A stretch of DNA of 63,791 nucleotides, counting the filler, from Nemertoderma westbladi (lineage: Eukaryota > Animalia > Xenacoelomorpha), in the NCBI GenBank assembly GCA_032718475.1. It is 3 parts of 3 records of this genome, joined end to end, with 100 filler letters (N's around TTAATTAATTAA, not from the genome) between each part and the next. Parts side by side here need not be neighbours in the genome. Positions count along the whole stretch, not along the records: positions 53,839 to 63,791 come from JAUCBJ010008705.1; 2 more parts are not named here. One strand, given 5' to 3'. The notes under the pieces were generated by a model. That model had not been told where the DNA came from and ran no database searches. It saw only the letters and a program-made list of their open reading frames with translations. Shown piece by piece: positions 58,954-63,791 of this stretch. Position 1 is the stretch's first letter. Every line of letters starts with the position of its first letter. The position numbers and the translations under genes were made by a program.

Positions 58954-61900
58954 TAGTTCTATCACATTTGAGGCACAGTGACAAACACCTTTCCCCAGTG
59001 GCCATTTTTGGACCGATTTGTCTCAAATTTTACACATACACTCTCTGGCCTATATGTAACTTTATAGAAAAAAAATTGTAATTAGGGTGATTTTCCGCTT
59101 CGAGCAGCACGATTGAAAAAAAATCATGAGTTTATGGTTTTTTTCTCGAAAAGTCAATTTTTGCCTGTTTTCAAATGTGCACCATTTCCTCAATTTTCCT
59201 TCAAGTTGCCGGAAAATCTACAGACAGACACCCCAGGTCGTGTATTTAATGTGGTGTAAATTTTACGGCTGCAGAGGACGATGTGCCCTTCGCGCAGCAC
59301 GTTAAAAAAAATGTATATAGAATGTATAGTATGTTGAAATACTTAACTTAATTTGACCACTGTCAGTACCGACTTCCATAAGACCAGACAACCGCTCTAC
59401 AGAACTACCGGTACCTACTGCACTCTAAGTAGGCAATCTTATTATTATTATTAGTTTAATTCGGACAAGCCGACAATAAAATGTAGAATGCACAATATAA
59501 TTAAAACTTGCTGGACAGACGTGTAACCATAATATATAAAAAATCAACACAACGTCGATACAATATAAAAATTATTTGATAAATGCAAAGTAATTGGATA
59601 TTAACATCGTAATAGAGTGAACAGTACCGTATGCTTATGTCGGTAGTTCAATCCAAGTTATTTCACAGCAAAATTTATTTAAAATATATAGTCACACAAT
59701 TGGGTAGAAGGATTAAAATAATCACTGTCTGCAAGCAATCACGTCAACAAGGTACGGCTATTTAAAGAACTCATGAACCAACATTAATTAAATAATTAAA
59801 ACGATATAATAATAAGAGTGAAGCGAAATATTATATTATAGACCAAAATATTGTGAGACCAAGCTGTGACGAACTGAGAATGGTACACTAAGGCTATGAC
59901 AAGCAGCAATGTGGTCACTGCTCATGCGTTCCTCTATGGAGAGCTCCCCGGAATTGAGACGAGCAAGGATTGATCTAGCTGAGTATCTATTGGATAGAAG
60001 AGAATTTATGGATGGAACCGGGAAGTTTGCAAGGCATTTACTGAAGACGGAACCCAGACCAGCATAGAGAGTTGGATCAGACAAGTAGACATTTTCCCGA
60101 AGTAGACATCGCAATAATTTGTTCAGCAAGATGTTTGGGCAATTATGAAGCCGGTGAAGTATCCTGATGCACTCGCGATACGCCTCAGTTGCAAGTTCTT
60201 GACAACCCAACATTGAGTAAACTATCGAGTTAGACACGTACGGACCGACATACAATAAACCACGGAGAACTATGCGGTACGCAATCTCTAGATCCTTGAT
60301 CTGTGTGGAGCTGAAAGATCCCAACCCAAATCGTAACGTATACATCACAGTAGGAAGGGCAATTGTCCGCCAGAGGTATCCCACAGTGTGTACACTTAAA
60401 TGACGAACTGTCCAACCATTTCTGTGGAATCTGTCGGCCAATGCATAGAGTTTCTGTATACACTGTTGAAAGCGAATTGTGGATGGCATGATTACTGGAA
60501 AACCCAGAAAAATGAATGTCTCTGAGGGTGGTATTAAGTTGTTACCAAACTTCAGGAAAGTAGGGACAGAGGCCAAACTTCTATGGGAGCCCAACAGATA
60601 GGACCAGCGTGTTTTACTGTCCTCCGCAGATAGCTTAGCCAGCCCTAGCTGTTGAAGTACGATAGATACTGCTGAATGTAGTTGATCCGGACTATGGGTC
60701 ATCAGAAGAACGTCATCTGCGTACCCGATGGAGCCAAACCATAGAAGAGCTAATTCGGCTCCAAAATCCATAGCTTTCAAATGTTCTAGAATGTGGCGGG
60801 AGTAGAAAAGAAAGAGAATTGGAGATGTGAGACTGCCCTGTTTAACTCCCCTAGCCAGTGAGATGCCGAATGAGTCTATAAGGTTCCCAAATCTTAAATA
60901 AACAACCGTAGCCAGGTAATAGGAGAGTAAAGTTTTGCAAATATAAGGGTTCAGGTGCTCTTTAAGATCACGAAAGAGGACTACGAAATCCACGTTATCG
61001 AATGCCCCAGAGATGTCCAAGCTACAGACAAAGACAGTTCGACCTGCTCGCCGTTGGTAATCCAGAGATTCAAGAAGCGTTGAAATAATGAGATCTGAAC
61101 CGATGCCCTTCTGATAAGCAAACTGAGATTCCGGTATAAAATCTAACTTCGAGAGGAATTCCTGAAGAATTAATGATTCCAATATTTTGCTAAAAACTGT
61201 CACTGTTGCTATAGGTCTATAGGATCTGGGTGAGTTGATATCCCTCTTATTTCCTTTGTAAAGATGCGTGATGATTGTGTCTCCAAAAAACCAAGGGGCA
61301 TGTCCAAGCCTGATACAGGAGTTTACAATATCAGCCATAATGGAACAGATGAAGTCACAGTTAAGATTTAGGATGTGTTCAATGCAGAGACCATGGAAAT
61401 CCGCAGACTTCCCTCTGGAAAGAGCCAGAATAGACCGCTTAATTGAAGTAACAGAGATGAGAGGCACTGTAGCCGAATCACAAGCTGCAGTTAACTCGGC
61501 ATTTAAGATAGAAATAGAATCCTGAAATAACTGATCTCTACTGTGGGAATCCTGTAGGTTGACAGAGATTGCTTCTTGTGTAACTGACGGAATATCAGTT
61601 GAACTTTTTCCTGAATTAAAATAGTTCCAAAATTTTTTAGGATTAGACTTTGCCACCTTGGCTTGAGCTGCAATGCGTGATTCACAATGTTTCTGCGTAA
61701 GAAAGTTTTTTAATCGTCGCAAAGAACGTTTGGACTCAACATAAGCTCGGTGATGGACACTGTTCTGTAGCTTACCTTCTTCCTGCCAAAGTCAACTTAT
61801 AGTCAAATAATATTTTAAATGGCGATGTTCAATTGTACCGGCTGCACTGGGGGAGGAGAGGAAGAATGCCAGTTTAAGTGCCTGGGACGATTAACGATTA

Positions 61901-62731
61901 GCAGAGATTTGGCGGATGTCATCCTGTCATCTGCAGCCATCTTACAGTGGTGTATAAGACAAGGTCTCGGTCCAGAAACAGTAAACACCCCCAACTTGTT
62001 GTCGTTGCTCGATGGCAATGAAGCGGGATGACGCGAAAGAGAAAGTAAAATTGCAATTGTTCCCATAGGTTTAGTTGGAATTGTCAGATTGTGGCCCATA
62101 CTTGTTGCATACGTATTAATTATAATTTTTAGTTAATTTCTTACTTTTTAAATATATAACTTTACAATATAATTATGTTGTAAGTTAATTTATAGCACTG
62201 TAATTTGTTGTGGCGTTTTATACTATACAGTAAGTATTATTCAGGTAATTAATAATTAATAAATTTTTAATAATAGTTTTTTTTAGATAATTATGTAATT
62301 TATAAGTATAGGCTTAAGTAATTATTAATTAATCGATAATTGTTTAGTACATTTTTTTTAAAGTCAAATTATTATTAAGCAATTAGTGCCTTTTTATTAT
62401 ATATGTATTACAGTCCATATTTTTAGGAATTGTGGCATTTTGTACAATAATAAATCAATTTGCAGTTTGTGGCATTTATTAATAGTTCATTAGCAGTTTT
62501 AGTTAATTAGGTAATTTTGCAATATTACAGTGTAATGTATGATAATCAAGTATTGTTATTACTACTACTATTACCATGGACATAGCTGAATCAACAAACT
62601 TTTGAAAATAGTATAAAAGTGGTTCGCCATGGGCATAGGGGTATCATCAAAGTTTTAAAAAAAAATATAAGTGGTTCGCCACTGGCATCGACCAAAAAAT
62701 ATCTTACCACTGTGCCTCAAATGTGATATTA
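58954..62731. mobile_element. TIR element with probable 9-bp TSD (MULE-like) hosting a LINE
   Basis: 21-bp perfect IR TATCACATTTGAGGCACAGTG (58960-58980, 62708-62728); CCCTTTTCT at 58945-58953 and 62732-62740. Confidence 0.7.
59439..61792 (-). mobile_element. 5'-truncated non-LTR retrotransposon with an intact RT ORF (59836-~61790); clade uncertain
   Basis: YRPI, QFAYQKG, LDISGAFDNV, GVKQGSLTSP, YADD. The frame is open upstream of 61722 (WQEEGKL...). No endonuclease; (TAA)n tail at 59439-59453. Confidence 0.92.
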
Positions 62732-62844
62732 CCCTTTTCTTTTGTATATGGAGGTTGGTTACATGGTTAGAGCTCTTTACTGAGAAAATAATCTTAAATA
62801 GCTAAATTTAAAACCTAGTTAAATATAAAAGTATATATAAGTAT

Positions 62845-63130
62845 ATTATAAATATAAAAATATATTAGTTATAAATATTAATATATTAGTTATAAATATA
62901 AATATATTAGTTATAAATATAAATATATTAGTTATAAATATAAATATATTAGTTATAAATATAAATATATTAGTTATAAATATAAATATATTAGTTATAA
63001 ATATAAATATATTAGTTATAAATATAAATATATTAGTTATAAATATAAATATATTAGTTATAAATATAAATATATTAGTTATAAATATAAATATATTATA
63101 AATATAAAAATATATTAGTTATAAATATAA
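62845..63130. repeat. 21-bp AT-rich minisatellite
   Basis: Unit AAATATATTAGTTATAAATAT, ~13 copies. Confidence 0.93.
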
Positions 63131-63791
63131 AGATAATTATATTTCGCTTTTCTATTATCTATCTGATTATCTTGAAATGTAGTTATTGTTTACCTTCATT
63201 TATATTATTATATGTGATTAATTTTTTAAAGGAAATGTTTAGAGTCTGGGGTGGGCTCTGTTAATAAATACCTAAGGAGTTTACCCTTTGCGTAACTGTT
63301 AATACTATCCCGTACGTGAAGATAGTTGTTAGGAATTATATAGCAAGAATCAATCGAATGATACAAAACGGCACATTTTAGTAACCAGATATATTTCAGG
63401 TTCCCTGCCTAACGGGTCATACGTCGCGCTGGCTGATTTATATCGGATGTTAACACGATTGGCCAAATTAAACAAGATTCCTGTAATAATAAAATTTGAC
63501 GGTGAAAATTATCGAAGTCTTCTATAAGAGCGAACAGTGCCACCCATGTGGTTCAAAGGTGAGAGATTTAAAAATTTAGAAACTGTTACAGGCGGCAGGG
63601 TGCCGCCTTTGGGGGGTAGGATAAGTAGCAATACAGTAAGGTTTATTCTCTTTATATAAAAGTCTCTGGTACGGTAAGAAAATAAACCTTGGTCCGATCA
63701 AATATATATTTTTTGGACCTTGGGAGGAAAAATTTATGTAATTTATCTTTGGGTTAAAGGGTTAATTCATTAATTAATTAACTAAATTAAA

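Noticed and set aside
58974-58989. RAG recombination signal / Transib or ProtoRAG end (CACAGTG followed by ACAAACACC)
   Set aside because: The nonamer-like sequence has no 12/23 spacer and is absent at the other end; the inverted repeat extends 14 bp outside the heptamer; the flanks suggest a 9-bp rather than 5-bp TSD; no RAG-like ORF.
61815-62099. 94-aa minus and 70-aa plus ORFs next to the LINE 5' end
   Set aside because: No recognisable domain, not in frame with the RT, and located inside a TIR element.

Overview
AT-rich, transposon-dense eukaryotic genomic DNA, most likely from an invertebrate animal; it is not prokaryotic and has no CRISPR array. Three contigs are joined by artificial N-TTAATTAATTAA-N linkers (23726-23825, 53739-53838). 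Host genes: (1) a TIGAR-like histidine phosphatase split by a single +1 frame change at CTT-TAA-C; (2) two tandem, intronless S10 serine carboxypeptidases with patchy identity; (3) the last exon of an astacin metalloprotease; (4) an intronless 1291-aa neuropathy target esterase/swiss cheese (PNPLA6/7) gene; (5) three phase-compatible exons of an FN3-like spliced gene. The rest is nested mobile DNA: an intact hAT with TIRs and 8-bp TSD plus a deleted sister copy, Harbinger elements and MITEs, MULE-like elements, RTE and CR1/L2-type LINEs, a tRNA-derived SINE, DINE-1-like repeats, foldbacks and several satellites, two of which grew inside TIR elements. Best leads: the candidate +1 frameshift in TIGAR (a homopolymer sequencing error is the main rival explanation), a 33-bp P-element-type excision footprint, a TIR-related 52-bp satellite with a 486-bp higher-order repeat, and intron absence in normally intron-rich genes. 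All family assignments come from motif recognition by eye; no searches were run.
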